Positions 1-13,903 of a DNA stretch of 64,000 nucleotides are shown in pieces. How positions within the stretch are numbered: the stretch's first letter is position 1; every line of letters begins with the position of its first letter. The translations under genes were made by a program, and so were the position numbers. The notes beneath the pieces were generated by a model. That model saw nothing but the letters and a program-made list of their open reading frames with translations. It had not been told where the DNA came from and did no database searches. This DNA is from Eledone cirrhosa (Eukaryota): contig OZ024743.1 of NCBI GenBank assembly GCA_964016885.1, forward strand, positions 97,402,001 to 97,466,000, given 5' to 3'.

Positions 1-274
1 TAATAATATATATAACCATATAACCCACTCTCTTGAATGAAATCTGCGGTAATGTATAGTTGCCCGTAATCCGGTCTCCACCGAGAGAACGGACGCTAGG
101 AATTCACATAAACAAATATACACATACATACTGACATACATACTGACATACATACTGACACCTATCCATCGAATGGTACATAAATACAAACATAGAAATA
201 TGTATATATACATACTTTTATACCCGAATACGTATATATATATATATACATATATACACGTATATACAAACACG

Positions 275-332
<58 letters not shown>

Positions 333-333
<1 letters not shown>

Positions 334-520
334 AGTTTATCATGGATTCAATTGGGTGTAACCACAGTAAGTAAGGTACTCATTACATAGCAGAGTATAA
401 ATATTTAATAAAGAAATGGCTTCTACAGGACTAGAACTGTTTCATTCGGGAGAAATTATCAGGAAGGTCTGATCATTTCTCCCAAATGAAGCAGTTTTAG
501 TCCTGTATAAGCCATTTCTA
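333..520. mobile_element. TA-flanked fold-back PLE-end remnant, family A; hammerhead cores decayed in both arms
   Basis: Inverted arms ~411-462 and 469-520; same sequence at 3189-3395, 12703-12845, 14660-14835, 33335-33385, 49560-49665; cores read CTGATAA (minus) and CTGATCA (plus). Confidence 0.75.
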
Positions 521-568
<48 letters not shown>

Positions 569-978
569 GTATATATATATATGTATGTATATATATACTG
601 TATGTATATTTGTACGTGTACATGTAAGTATGTTTGCATGTAAGTATGTTTGCATATATTCATGTATGTATGTATAGATAGATAATAAGAGTGCTACATA
701 GAAAATAACCAATAACAAAAACGAAAACAAGTAAAGTGATGAGTCAAAACTTGTGTGTAATTAAATATTAATTAAGCATGTTCACAGTGACTTGGAAGAT
801 TGGCTGGCGGTATGTGATACATCTGTAGTACGGCGGCTGTAATAAGACATCACCGACTATCGAACTTCCAATGAACTTGAACGTCCCTTCATACAAACAA
901 GCATACATATAGAAACATATATGTGTATATAGACTGTTTATATATATATATATATCACCCTCTCTTTCGTTTTCTCTC

Positions 979-1058
<80 letters not shown>

Positions 1059-1131
1059 AGTGTATAGAGAGAGAGGGACAAAGAAAGAGCGAGTGATATA
1101 TATATATACATAAATATATATATATATATAT

Positions 1132-1338
1132 AACGGCGATGAATTAGTTTTGCGAGGTTTTTGATATGAAATCGTGTGTCGAAACAAATATTGTTATACC
1201 TGGGGAGGGTCATATTTGTGTAATATTGCCAGAATTAATAACAGAACACACTGGCGAAAACCAACCAAACAGTGAGTGTGTTCTGTTATTAATTCTGGCA
1301 ATATTACACAAATATGACCCTCCCCAAGTATAACAATA
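1132..1338. mobile_element. Fold-back remnant of the 3' terminus of the PLE family at 36251-38064
   Basis: TATTGTTATAC(C/T)TGGGGAGGGTCATATTTGTGTAATATTGCCAGAATTAATAACAGAACACACT matches 36251-36315; present here as two inverted arms, the left one with an extra ~55 bp tail; (TA)n on both sides. Confidence 0.85.
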
Positions 1339-1342
1339 TATA

Positions 1343-1387
<45 letters not shown>

Positions 1388-1413
1388 ATAATAATAAATT
1401 TGAAGACTAAAAT

Positions 1414-1502
<89 letters not shown>

Positions 1503-1669
1503 TAGATAGATAAATATACACGGGTGTGTATGATTGTGTATAGAAGATTATATTAATAAAAGGAATTCCAACTTCGTCTGATTTACTCGTTTTATTTACA
1601 ATCCTTTAAAATTCATAATGGTATTAGAATGAAATAGTATGGTAGAATATTAAATGTTAAGTGTTAATT

Positions 1670-1706
1670 GAACAAGTACTTTCATGCTTTCGCAATCTTC
1701 AGGTTC
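1670..1706 (-). ncRNA. Minimal type-I hammerhead ribozyme
   Basis: Minus strand GAAC-CTGAAGA-TTGC GAAA GCAT-GAAA-GTAC-TT-GTTC; stem I GAAC/GTTC, palindromic GTAC loop III. Confidence 0.85.
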
Positions 1707-1760
1707 ACATTGTGTGGTGAAAGTTGAAAATTGCAAACTTGACTGTCACGACACAACATA

Positions 1761-1795
1761 AACCTGAGGATTGCGAAAGCATGAAAGTACTTGTT
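1761..1795 (+). ncRNA. Minimal type-I hammerhead ribozyme
   Basis: AAC-CTGAGGA-TTGC GAAA GCAT-GAAA-GTAC-TT-GTT. Confidence 0.85.
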
Positions 1796-1909
1796 CAATT
1801 AACACTTAACATTTAATATTCTACCATACTATCTCTTTCTAATACCATTATAAATTTTAAAGGATTGTAAATAAAACGAGTAAATCAAACAAAGTTGGAA
1901 TTCCTTTTA

Positions 1910-2420
<511 letters not shown>

Positions 2421-2429
2421 TATATATAG

Positions 2430-2494
<65 letters not shown>

Positions 2495-2497
<3 letters not shown>

Positions 2498-2700
2498 GTT
2501 CTTGAGCAAGACAATTTATTTGACGTTGCACCAATCCACTCAAGCATTAAAAATGACGTGAAGGTGTGATTCAGATTTCCGTCCTTGTCGCAGGTTGAAC
2601 TCCTTTCAGATCTATGTTAAGGATACACGTGTCTCTGGACTGCCCTATACTTACTCCTTAATTAAAGTACCTGGCTGTTCCAGTGATAGAACAGTATATT
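2495..2700 (+). mobile_element. Octopus-type tRNA-derived SINE body fragment
   Basis: TTCTTGAGCAAGACA..TTTATTT..CGTTGC matches 63200-63245 and the reverse complement of 6130-6165; ACACGTGTCT segment is shared with 27685-27700. Confidence 0.55.
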
Positions 2701-2787
2701 CATTTTATTAAGGCTTATTGAGTTTATATATTTATATATACTCTCTCACACACACACACACACCCACACACACGCACGCACACACAA

Positions 2788-2819
<32 letters not shown>

Positions 2820-2854
2820 ACACACACCCATATATATATATATAAATATCTATG

Positions 2855-3128
2855 ATATATTAACAAATGGAAACTATATTTATAAAACCATATTTATTTC
2901 ATTATCCATATTTCAAGGACACCATGTTAAATTATGGTGTGCTTTCATCAGGTAAAATATGATATACATCAGTTTTATAAATAAATATTGACATACCCTT
3001 AAAGAATGCGACCATTTCTGTTGGAAGCTCCCGGATACATCGTATTTTTACTCCAATAATTTGTTGAGTGCTTTATATCAGTTATAAAAATATTTGCTTG
3101 TTGTATCTCAACAATTTAAATAGAACTT

Positions 3129-3132
<4 letters not shown>
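2855..3132. mobile_element. Fold-back PLE-end remnant, family C, with minus-strand hammerhead (~2895-2959)
   Basis: Minus: TATTTTAC-CTGATGA-AAG CACACCAT..ATGGTGTC CTT-GAAA-TATGGA-TA-ATGAAA; relatives at 10882, 13513, 33408, 50052. Confidence 0.75.
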
Positions 3133-3188
<56 letters not shown>

Positions 3189-3275
3189 GGTTAATTATTC
3201 CGGGTTGAATCGGAGGTAACCACAGTAAGTAAGGTGCTCAATACATAGCAGAGTAAACAGTTTTAATATAGATGA

Positions 3276-3324
3276 GATTCTACAGGACTAGAACTGTTTC
3301 ATTCTTTAGAAATCATCAGGAATC
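3276..3324 (-). ncRNA. Type-I hammerhead ribozyme (family A)
   Basis: GATTC-CTGATGA-TTTC TAAA GAAT-GAAA-CAG TTCTAGTC CTG-TA-GAATC. Confidence 0.85.
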
Positions 3325-3328
3325 TGCT

Positions 3329-3377
3329 GATTCCTGATGATTTCTAAAGAACGAAACAGTTCTAGTCCTGTTGAATC
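3329..3377 (+). ncRNA. Type-I hammerhead ribozyme (family A)
   Basis: GATTC-CTGATGA-TTTC TAAA GAAC-GAAA-CAG TTCTAGTC CTG-TT-GAATC. Confidence 0.85.
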
Positions 3378-3433
3378 TCATCTATATTAAAACTATATAT
3401 ATCTATCTATCTATGTGTGTGTGTGTGTATACA

Positions 3434-3471
<38 letters not shown>

Positions 3472-3476
<5 letters not shown>

Positions 3477-3620
3477 AAAGAGCCAGAAATAGCCCTCGAA
3501 ACGGTTTGAGCCCTGCCGTCGGGGTCCTGACTATTTTCCTATTACCCACTCTACTACCCAAAGTACCGAGTACTCTGGTGCATTATGGTCCGCCTGGTTC
3601 CTTACCACACTTCCTTCGTT
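3472..3620 (+). mobile_element. Family B PLE-end remnant (3' half of hammerhead plus tail)
   Basis: Matches 4915-5035 and 53460-53512. Confidence 0.75.
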
Positions 3621-3639
3621 ATATATATATGCACACACT

Positions 3640-3692
<53 letters not shown>

Positions 3693-3777
3693 TAAAATAA
3701 CAGATTAAAGTTTAAGCAAATAATCGCTGCTTTCACCCTTAACGGGATCTTCTGATATATACATATATATATATATA

Positions 3778-4212
3778 GTATAAAAGAGAAAACACAGGTA
3801 AGCATTAAGAGAAGGATTTTATCCAGGTATTTACGACCGTTTCATTGGTAAGTGCAACCTTATATTGCTATACTGCAAATAGCAGCCACTCAATTATAAT
3901 TGTTGTTCACAGTCCAAATTTTCAAAATATTTTGAAAATTTGGACTGTGAACAACAATTATAATTGAGTGGCTGCTATTTGCAGTATAGCAATATAAGGT
4001 TGCACTTACCAATGAAACGGTCGTAAATACCTGGATAAAATCCTTCTCTTAATGCTTACCTGTGTTTTCCATTTTATAGTTTATACTCCAAGATTGAACG
4101 GAATATTTACAAACTTGTGGAGTTACCCCTAACCGTACGTTAAAACCATCCATGAAACTGGCTTTCTTAACCAAAAACTGGATCACAATAAGCAATTTTT
4201 TGCTTCTCTAAC
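3778..4212. mobile_element. TA-flanked near-perfect ~300 bp palindrome plus tail
   Basis: 3778-4080 is self-complementary around ~3929; contains GAAA-CGGTCG-TA (4014-4025), a hammerhead 3' half with no CUGA retained. Confidence 0.75.
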
Positions 4213-4676
4213 TATATATATATGTATATATAGTATAAAATATTGCAACAGTAAAATCAGGCTAGGGGGCGAGGAGAATTTTGAAGTGAGATTTATTAGA
4301 ATAAATAATCGAATAAGTGTGTCATTATCGATTACATAAACCTCACTCTCTTTTTACTATTACAATATTGTAAACTAAATTAATCCTTGAGAATTTGGTA
4401 CTTTGTAATTATATTACGTGTCTCCATTGGCCCCGTTCAGAAAAAATATAGAGCAAGCTGTTCTTTCATTACCCTTTACATCATCATTCCACACAAAATA
4501 CGATTTTACTTACATGAAGTAATAACTCCCTTATATTCTTTTATATACAAATACATACCTACCTACATAAATACATACATAGAGATGTCAACATGAATGG
4601 ATCTGTTATTTTTATCTAAAGACATTTTTCCAATCCCAACCCACCCGTCCCCTCAATCTATCTTATTTCTCATTGT

Positions 4677-4714
4677 TTCTTCCGATGAAGGACTAGAGTC
4701 CGAAACGTTAAGAA
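4677..4714 (+). ncRNA. Minimal hammerhead ribozyme, U4C core variant
   Basis: TTCTT-CCGATGA-A-GGAC TAGA GTCC-GAAA-CG-TT-AAGAA; palindromic AACGTT stem III; decayed relative on minus at ~28500-28630. Confidence 0.75.
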
Positions 4715-4793
4715 CCCCTTCCTGCCATATAAAGCGTTAATCTAATATATTCCTTCCATATACTGTACCGATTGTGTTGTTATTTCTGTCCAG

Positions 4794-6014
<1,221 letters not shown>

Positions 6015-6059
6015 TCGATCGATAAGATTCCAGATCAAGTGTGGTGGAGCTCATCCATT

Positions 6060-6244
6060 TGGCCCGAGGAAACAATGTTTCCAATGTTTTCAATTGCTAA
6101 TACTATCTGTCGGTCGCAACACCAGGCAGAAGGAGCAACGTGAAATAAAGTGTCTTGCTCAAGGACATCATCCGGTCTGAGAATCGAACTCAAAACCTCA
6201 AGATTGTGAATCCAATTCTCTAACCACTCAGCCAGGCACCTTCA
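6060..6244 (-). mobile_element. tRNA-derived SINE (octopus OR-like)
   Basis: Minus strand starts TGAAGGTGCCTGGCTGAGTGGTTAGAG (A box) ... GAGTTCGATTC (B box); homologous to 63122-63260. Confidence 0.75.
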
Positions 6245-6275
6245 CAGACTCACACTCACACACACACGCAGACGT

Positions 6276-6353
<78 letters not shown>

Positions 6354-6465
6354 ATGTGTGTGTTTGTGTGTATGTGTGTGTGGGCGTGTGAATGTATGTA
6401 TGCATGTATGTACATATAATTCTGATAGATATATTTCCGGCTAGTATTGTCCCAGGACATCTCTA

Positions 6466-7060
6466 ACTTAATAGCACCACCTAACGAAATCTTTCAAATC
6501 ACGATTTTGGAAAACATGGCCACCCAGGTAGAGGGTTATTGTTTTCGGTGTCCTGGCCTAGGAAGTTTTTTTGGAATACATTGGAGGAATTCGTCCAAAG
6601 AGATTTTGAGCTTTATGCGAACTTTTTCTGTTTTATGTGTTTTGGTGGGACCATTTGAGGTGAAATAATTGGACCATAATATTGTAATGGGTTTGATTTC
6701 TGTAGTGGGTACACAGCACCGGGTCCTTCCTCAGGTGGATTTTAAAGATGATGCGAACATCATTTCGGGCATGCTGATGGAATAGTTTTCACATTATGCA
6801 CATTATGTAGATAATGTAGCGTGGGAGCAAAGTGCGGCTTGGGAGAGAGTAGAGTTTCAGCATTTCTATCTTTTTGTGTGACTGACCTTTGCGATGCTGC
6901 AATGTTTATAATAATCTTTTGTGTGAGGAGACCACTTGGCAACTCGAGTGAAGGTGGGGCTGCGCCAAAGTAGTGAAGACAATGATTATGGTATGGATAT
7001 CTCTCGACCAGAATATTTGAGAATCCAGTAATACATCCCGCGGACCATGTAAATTTGTTT
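6466..7060 (-). mobile_element. Decayed 3' fragment of a CR1-like LINE
   Basis: Collinear similarity to 15012-15660 (ATAGCACCACCT end, GAGGTGAAATAATT, GATAATGTAGCG, ATATCTCTCGAC). Confidence 0.75.
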
Positions 7061-7190
7061 TCTATATATGTACATATATATGTGTGTGTTGAAATATAAG
7101 TATACATATGTATATGTGTATATACATGTATATATATCTATATATATATATGTATATATGTACATATCTATATATATGGAAATATATCCG

Positions 7191-7225
<35 letters not shown>

Positions 7226-7277
7226 ATATATTTATACATATATATATATATATATATATGAGTGTGTGTATATATTT

Positions 7278-7336
<59 letters not shown>

Positions 7337-7341
<5 letters not shown>

Positions 7342-7821
7342 GGATACTATTTATGGTTATGTATATATCAAAACTTTTTATAGTTATATATATTTTAAAC
7401 CTTAAACAGTGAAGGTCAGTAATTTATTACTACCTTATTACCAGTAAGATAGATAGCTCAATGTAATAACATCAGTTGTTCTACAGAGCAGTTATATAGA
7501 ATTCACAAGAATCAAAGCTATGTTCAAAGCATTTATTCACTTATAATTGTTTCATCCAAACCTAGGCTTGGAATCTTCGGAGCATTTTTCAATGTTTGTA
7601 CATATAATTGACTTCCTATTCAACGCAGGAGACATACAGATACATATATATATATTCATGTACAGTGGAGTGACATATATTATACTATACTATATTTGTA
7701 CAGCAATTCAAATTTAAAATCAAAATCAAAATTAAAATCAAAATTAAAATACATGCGGCAGATAACACAGATAATGTAACAATTGTAAGTGAATAGATGC
7801 TTTGAACATAGCTTTGATTCT

Positions 7822-7830
<9 letters not shown>
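7337..7830. mobile_element. Fold-back element with minus-strand hammerhead at 7539-7583 (U4C core)
   Basis: Minus: GCT-CCGAAGA-TTCCAAGC CTAG GTTTGGAT-GAAA-CAATTA-TA-AGT; the other arm (7778-7830) keeps palindromic CAATTG. Confidence 0.65.
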
Positions 7831-7902
<72 letters not shown>

Positions 7903-7907
<5 letters not shown>

Positions 7908-8096
7908 AAAACCACAGACCCTCCATCTCAATTCTATTTTGAAAAGCAGAACTGCGAAGCCGGTAAAGGAACCAAATAAATATATATATTTTTTAAAATA
8001 AGACTCCAGTTGCATTTTCGGTTTCATCTTTTTTTATTTATACTTTCACTCGTGTTGGACACCTCGGTTATTTTTCATTTTGTAAAGAAACCTCAC

Positions 8097-8103
<7 letters not shown>
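7903..8103 (+). mobile_element. TA-flanked PLE-end-like remnant, family E
   Basis: Same sequence at 35468-35808 (fold-back) and 49772-50000; those copies carry GAAA-CCGG-TA. Confidence 0.75.
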
Positions 8104-8168
<65 letters not shown>

Positions 8169-8375
8169 CGTTTCTGAATTTGTTTAACAAGATTCTTTAT
8201 CTAAAAACGTGTGTTGACACCGATATTGTTATACTTTGGGAGGGTCATGTTGCCCATAAGAAACACACGCACTCGATGCTTCACTTCAATTTATTATAAT
8301 AAATTTATAAATTTAGGAATTTATAAATTTCCGGTTGGTTGGTTGGTTCCACAACCAGATGGTTGTTTATATATT

Positions 8376-8418
8376 GTCAAAGTTCTTTCGCCACACATTC
8401 TGTGACCTCTTCAGTGAC
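8376..8418 (-). ncRNA. Hammerhead ribozyme in the inverted pLTR
   Basis: GTCA-CTGAAGA-G-GTCACA GAATG TGTGGC-GAAA-GAAC-TT-TGAC. Confidence 0.85.
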
Positions 8419-8626
8419 TGCGGATTCTTTTCTTTGATTTTGTGCCTCTCCTTTGTTCTGTCATACGCCATCTTGTTTCTGTGTTTGTGTTGTGTGCTCA
8501 GTCTGCGCATGCGCCACATCCGGGTGTCTGTGTGTGTTTATATTCGTTTATTTATTTGTTTATTTACATGTTACAGGTTGGTTGTTTGTTCTATGTGCGT
8601 GTATGTTTTCATTTTGTCCTTAATTG

Positions 8627-10414
8627 CCCTACTTCCTCTCCCTGATCATACGCCCCATCATTGAAATGTCCCCAGATGTATGTGACAGCACGGAGAACCT
8701 CTTCAGCAGAATCGGCGAGAGTAACCGATCTAGGGACCTAACAAACTGCATAATAGGTAGTATGCATGTTGTGTCCCTGTATCCATCTATTGACGTGGAT
8801 TTTGCTGTGGAGAAATGCGTAGAAATGATTGGTGAGAGCAATGTTGAGTTCCGTGGGATTGATACCAGTGAGCTGGGACTCCTACTTAAACTTACCTATA
8901 GTAATAATTACCTAGACACATATGACCTTAGCAACCTGTGCCCTACAAGACCAACAAGAGGCAGACCACCTACCATTACCTCAATGGCCAAGAAAACCCA
9001 CACAGATAGATGGAACGGGTGGACCAGAGCCATACGGACACCCGAAAACCACGATGAACTAAAGAAAATGTTGCACATGCGGTGGGGGCCAGCATAAAAT
9101 TAACCCTTAAGGAACATATGTTCAAATTTAATGGAAAAACATATGCCCAAGAGGAAGGAGCAGCCATTGGTGTTAGCATTGCAGGCGACATAGCTAACTT
9201 ATTCATGGTATGGTGGGACAGTAGACTTAAACTTAAACTTAAAGAACAATTAGGAGACCCCTTAACCCTGATAATGTACTCCCGCTACGTTGATGATATA
9301 AACATCGTAGTTAAAACACCCCCACTAGAGAATAGTCAGGAATTAGAGAAAAACACAATGGAAAACATCCAGCAAATAGCTAACTCCATTCACCAGAGTA
9401 TTAGAGTTACTATAGACTACTCAAGTAAACACCCCAACCATCGATTACCTGTACTAGACACAGAGCTCTGGTTAGATACCATTAATAACAAAAAACAAAT
9501 CCTCCATTCCCATTATGCCAAACCCATGACTTACAAATATCTGATCCACCGAAATTCAGCTGTTTCGGACCATACCAAAATCAACATACTGATTGCGGAT
9601 TTGGTACGGGTGATGAGAAACGTGTCGCGCATGTGCAACCCCAAAGAACTAGAGAGACACATACAACACTTCATCCACCGTATTCAGTTCTCTGGTTACA
9701 ATCAGAGAGATAAAATCAGAGTGTATAGAGGAGCCAGAACCAAATAGGAATTAATGGTAAATAATGACACAAATGGTACCTGCCCCTTGTATAGGAGCAA
9801 ATTTTGGAATAGAATAGAAAGGAGTAGGAATAAGGCTAATAGAAAAAACTCATGGTATGATAACAATAAATACCAGAGTGTAATATTCATCGATACAACC
9901 CCTAGAGGTGAATTACCTTACAAATTTAGAAGGGCCCTAGATAAACATAAACTCAATATTAAGATAGTAGAAAGACCAGGTACCTCCGTAAAAACACTTA
10001 TTAGCAAGACATACCCTTTTCAAAGACCCCCCTGTATAGATAAGAAATGTATAACCTGTAAATTAAGCCCCCATATTAACTGTAAAACTAGAAATGTAGT
10101 ATATAGCATAATATGTACTGAAGGACAATGTAGAGACAAAAATATAATGTACATAGGTGAGACAGCTCGTAGCGAAGGGGAACGGATAAATGAACACTGG
10201 CGAGACCTTCAAGATAGTAAAGAATCATCTGTACTCTACCAACATGCTAAAATAGAACATAAGGGTAAGTTAGAAAACAGAAATTAAAATAGAATCTACA
10301 CACAGAAAAGACGCAATGTTTAGACAAATCACAGAGGCAATAAACATAAAAGAATTACAGCCAAAATTAAATAGAAAACATGAGTGGAACAGCAACATCA
10401 CAACTTACAATTAA
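8627..10414 (+). pseudogene. Disrupted PLE reverse transcriptase / GIY-YIG endonuclease
   Basis: Motifs SLYPSID, QEEGAAIG, YSRYVDD, LPVLD, Cys-rich linker CIDKKCITC..C, VVYSIIC..YIGETARS..RINEH; shifted C-terminus RQITEAINI..LNRKHEW; frameshifts ~9070 and ~10280, TAG at 9745-9747. Confidence 0.92.
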
Positions 10415-10617
10415 GGACAAAATGAAAACACAAACGCACATAGAACAAACAACCAACCAATAAACAAATAAATAGACAAATAAATAAACGAATATAAACA
10501 CACACAGACACCCGGATGTGGCGCATGCGCAGACTGAGCACACAACACACAGAAACAAGATGGCGTAGGACAGAACAAAGGAGAGGCACAAAAACAAAGA
10601 AAAGAAAACAATACCCA

Positions 10618-10660
10618 GTCACTGAAGAGGTCACAAAATGTGTGACGAAAGAACTTTGAC
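10618..10660 (+). ncRNA. Hammerhead ribozyme in the 3' pLTR
   Basis: GTCA-CTGAAGA-G-GTCACA AAATG TGTGAC-GAAA-GAAC-TT-TGAC. Confidence 0.9.
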
Positions 10661-10809
10661 AATATATAAACAACCATCTGGTTGTGGAACCAACCAACCA
10701 ACCAACGGGAAATTTATAAATTCCTAAATTTATAAATTTATTATAATAAATTGAAGTGAAACAACTGGTGCGTGTGTTTCTTATTGGCAACATGACCTTC
10801 CCAAAGTAT

Positions 10810-10857
<48 letters not shown>

Positions 10858-10881
10858 CATTATATATATATATATATACAT

Positions 10882-11272
10882 ATATTAATAAATGGAAACT
10901 ATATTTATAAAACCATAATTATTTTATTGAATATATTTCAAGGGCAACCCATGCAGTCTTGGTGCGCTTTCATTAGATAAAATACACAATTTGTTTTATA
11001 ATTGCTATCCAGCGAACTTTCAACCGTCAAGGTTGTTTTCCACGATTATGTCAATATTTATAAAACAGATTTTGTATTTTATCTGATGAAAGCGCACCAA
11101 GACTGCCTTGCTTGCCCTTGAAATATATATAATAAAATAATTATGGTTTGTAAATATAGTTTCCATTTATTAATATATTGAATATTTACTCCAGTAACTT
11201 GTCGAGTGCTTTATATCAGTTATAAACATTTAAGTTTGTTGGAATTCAAACAAATTAAATTTAACTCCTGCA
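10882..11272. mobile_element. Family C fold-back element
   Basis: Arms 10882-11000 and 11058-11175 are inverted; the right arm has a ~95 bp extra tail. Confidence 0.8.
11075..11139 (+). ncRNA. Type-I hammerhead ribozyme (family C)
   Basis: TATTTTAT-CTGATGA-AAG...CTT-GAAA-TATATA-TA-ATAAAATA; 8 bp stem I, palindromic TATATA loop III. Confidence 0.8.
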
Positions 11273-11511
11273 TATATTATTTCTATATATATGTATATAT
11301 ATAAACATATATATATATATATAAAATGTGCCATGTTTTTATATATCCCTTTACAATTTACACACATACATGCTTACATACAAGTTATCTCTTATCATAG
11401 TCTTGTTTCTAAAAGAAGTTCCCTTTCCTGTCCCAAGTTTCTAGTTTCAACCCCTACGTGTCCCTGTAAATATTGTTTTTACAAAATTACTCCTACTTTT
11501 AAATGTGTATT

Positions 11512-11607
<96 letters not shown>

Positions 11608-12321
11608 TAATAAATGCACAGAGAACAAAAAACAGAGAGGCAGTACAAATGATATTAGTTTTAGTTTCACGCTATATATATATACTAGCAGAGGTACCCG
11701 GCGTTGCTCGGGTATTAAATAGTAGTTATGTATACCATTTATGTCAATACTTCAGTGCTGCTTCGAAATCTATACTTTTACAAAATCATCGGCTTTTTCC
11801 CAAAGGGGGTTCCTGTCCCCAGGGGTTCGCTACTCAATATGTGCCAATTCTGAGAGTTCACATTCATCTGTAGAACAAACGTAGCCCATGTGTCAAGTTT
11901 TGTGAAAATCGGTTGCGAACTCCAGAAGTTATGATGTTTTGTTGCATTGCACTGCAGTGCTTCAGTCGACTCCAAGGGAGCGGTCGAAGGGGGTTATCTG
12001 CCGGGAGGCCCTATAATCAATATCTGGAAAAATGAAAGTGCCCATGACCATCCGGAGTACATAAGTAACCTATGTTTTAAGTTTGTTGAAAATACTGTAG
12101 AAATGCATAAGGTTTACGTGCGTGCGTTCGTGTGTGTGTGTATGTATTTGTGTGTGCGTATGTATATGTATGTGTATGTCCGTCGGCGCATACGTATGTA
12201 CTGGCCTAAATATTCTCTATTTACTTTTACTATTTTAATAACCTCTGTCATTTTCGTTTGCAATTTTATTTACATCATTCTTAAACTCCGTGGCTGGAAA
12301 TCATTCGGTTATTTTAAATAG

Positions 12322-12602
12322 AATATTAGTATAACGACTCCATTTATACCATAAACTTGGTCTTGTCTTTGCATGAAATTGTTCTTCTCGGTCCACATAA
12401 CAACGTATTAGCCTTACGTTTTTTCCGTTCATTGCCAGGGAACGTCTTCACGAACCAAAATATCGTTTTCCTGTTTTCCGTCGGTTGCAACGTTTCTCGA
12501 AATATTTAATTCTGCGTACACAGATTGAATTTTTTTAGTTTCAGAAGATCCCGTTAATGTTGAAAGCAACGATTCTTTGTTTAAACTTTAATCTGTTCTT
12601 AT
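12322..12602 (+). mobile_element. Family D remnant with CAGAAGA-core hammerhead-like motif (~12537-12588)
   Basis: Homologous to 51800-52080 and 19540-19675. Confidence 0.75.
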
Positions 12603-12603
12603 A

Positions 12604-12706
<103 letters not shown>

Positions 12707-12789
12707 TATTCCGGGTTGAATCGGAGTTAACCACAGTAAGTAATGTACTCAATACATTGCAGAGTATAAAAGTTTTAATATAGATGAGA

Positions 12790-12834
12790 TTCTACAGGAC
12801 TAGAACTGTTTCATTCTTTAGAAATCATCAGGAA
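12790..12834 (-). ncRNA. Hammerhead ribozyme (family A)
   Basis: TTC-CTGATGA-TTTC TAAA GAAT-GAAA-CAG TTCTAGTC CTG-TA-GAA. Confidence 0.8.
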
Positions 12835-12843
12835 ATCAAACCT

Positions 12844-12969
<126 letters not shown>

Positions 12970-13037
12970 CATATATATTTATGTGTACATTTATATATGT
13001 GTATTTGTGTATATCTATATATGTGTATACGTGTTTG

Positions 13038-13070
<33 letters not shown>

Positions 13071-13466
13071 GAGTATATATGTGTGTGTATATGTATATAT
13101 ATATATATATGTATATATAAGTATATATGTATATATGTGTGTGTGTGTGTGCGAATGTAGCGAAGAGAATATGTCAGCAATGACGTGTTCGTGAGAATGT
13201 CGTTATGCAGACACCCAGACATACAGACAGATATTATAAGGGCTCGACGAAGATCGAAAACCGGCGTCTAACACCCTTTTAACAACAGAAAATTAAAAAA
13301 TAAAAGCGGCAGTTAGTATCTTTAGACTGCAAGGAATATATAAATGAAGGAATATAAATGAAGGAATATACAAAGTTTGAAGTCAATCGGAGTAGAAATG
13401 TGGATTTGTATAGACTTTGCAAAAATTAGGACACACACACAGACAACAATAGTTTTATATATATAG

Positions 13467-13511
<45 letters not shown>

Positions 13512-13665
13512 GATATTAATAAATGGAAACTATAACTATAATTGTCCTTAACACTAAGACTTATTAAAATAATATAAACAATTCACTATCCAGATGGCTT
13601 CCAAAAATAATGGTTGCATTTTAAAAGGGTACGTCAAAGATTATTTGTAAAACTGTTATATATTG

Positions 13666-13730
13666 TATTTTGTCTGATGAAGGCATACCATAATTTAATT
13701 TGGTATCCCTGAAATATGTATAATGAAATA
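13666..13730 (+). ncRNA. Hammerhead ribozyme (family C) within remnant 13513-13862
   Basis: TATTTTGT-CTGATGA-AGG CATACCA..TGGTATC CCT-GAAA-TATGTA-TA-ATGAAATA; stem II base AGG/CCT covaries with AAG/CTT at 11090. Confidence 0.8.
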
Positions 13731-13858
13731 AATATGGTTTTATAAATAGAGTTTCCATTTATTAATATTGTATATCTACTCCAAATTTTTGTCGAGTGCT
13801 TTATATCAGTTATAAAAATATTTAGTTGTTGTATCCCAACAATTTTAAATAGAACTTT

Positions 13859-13903
<45 letters not shown>

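Larger units (their letters stand above)
1520..1914. mobile_element. TA-flanked fold-back element with a hammerhead in each arm
   Basis: Arms ~1551-1705 and 1761-1914 are inverted copies; the left arm has an extra ~30 bp tail. Confidence 0.85.
3189..3395. mobile_element. Family A fold-back element with two complete head-to-head hammerheads
   Basis: Inverted arms meet at ~3325-3328; (TA)n flanks. Confidence 0.85.
8164..10815 (+). mobile_element. Penelope-like retroelement (Neptune-like), 5'-truncated, with inverted terminal pseudo-LTR, inserted in (TA)n
   Basis: 8224-8626 is the reverse complement of 10408-10815; internal RT + GIY-YIG reading frame; (TA)n on both sides. Confidence 0.93.

Noticed and set aside
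9745-9747. Programmed readthrough or selenocysteine in the PLE ORFs
   Set aside because: The stops are TAG, not TGA, and each (9745, 37651) aligns with Tyr in the other element, so they are ordinary nonsense mutations
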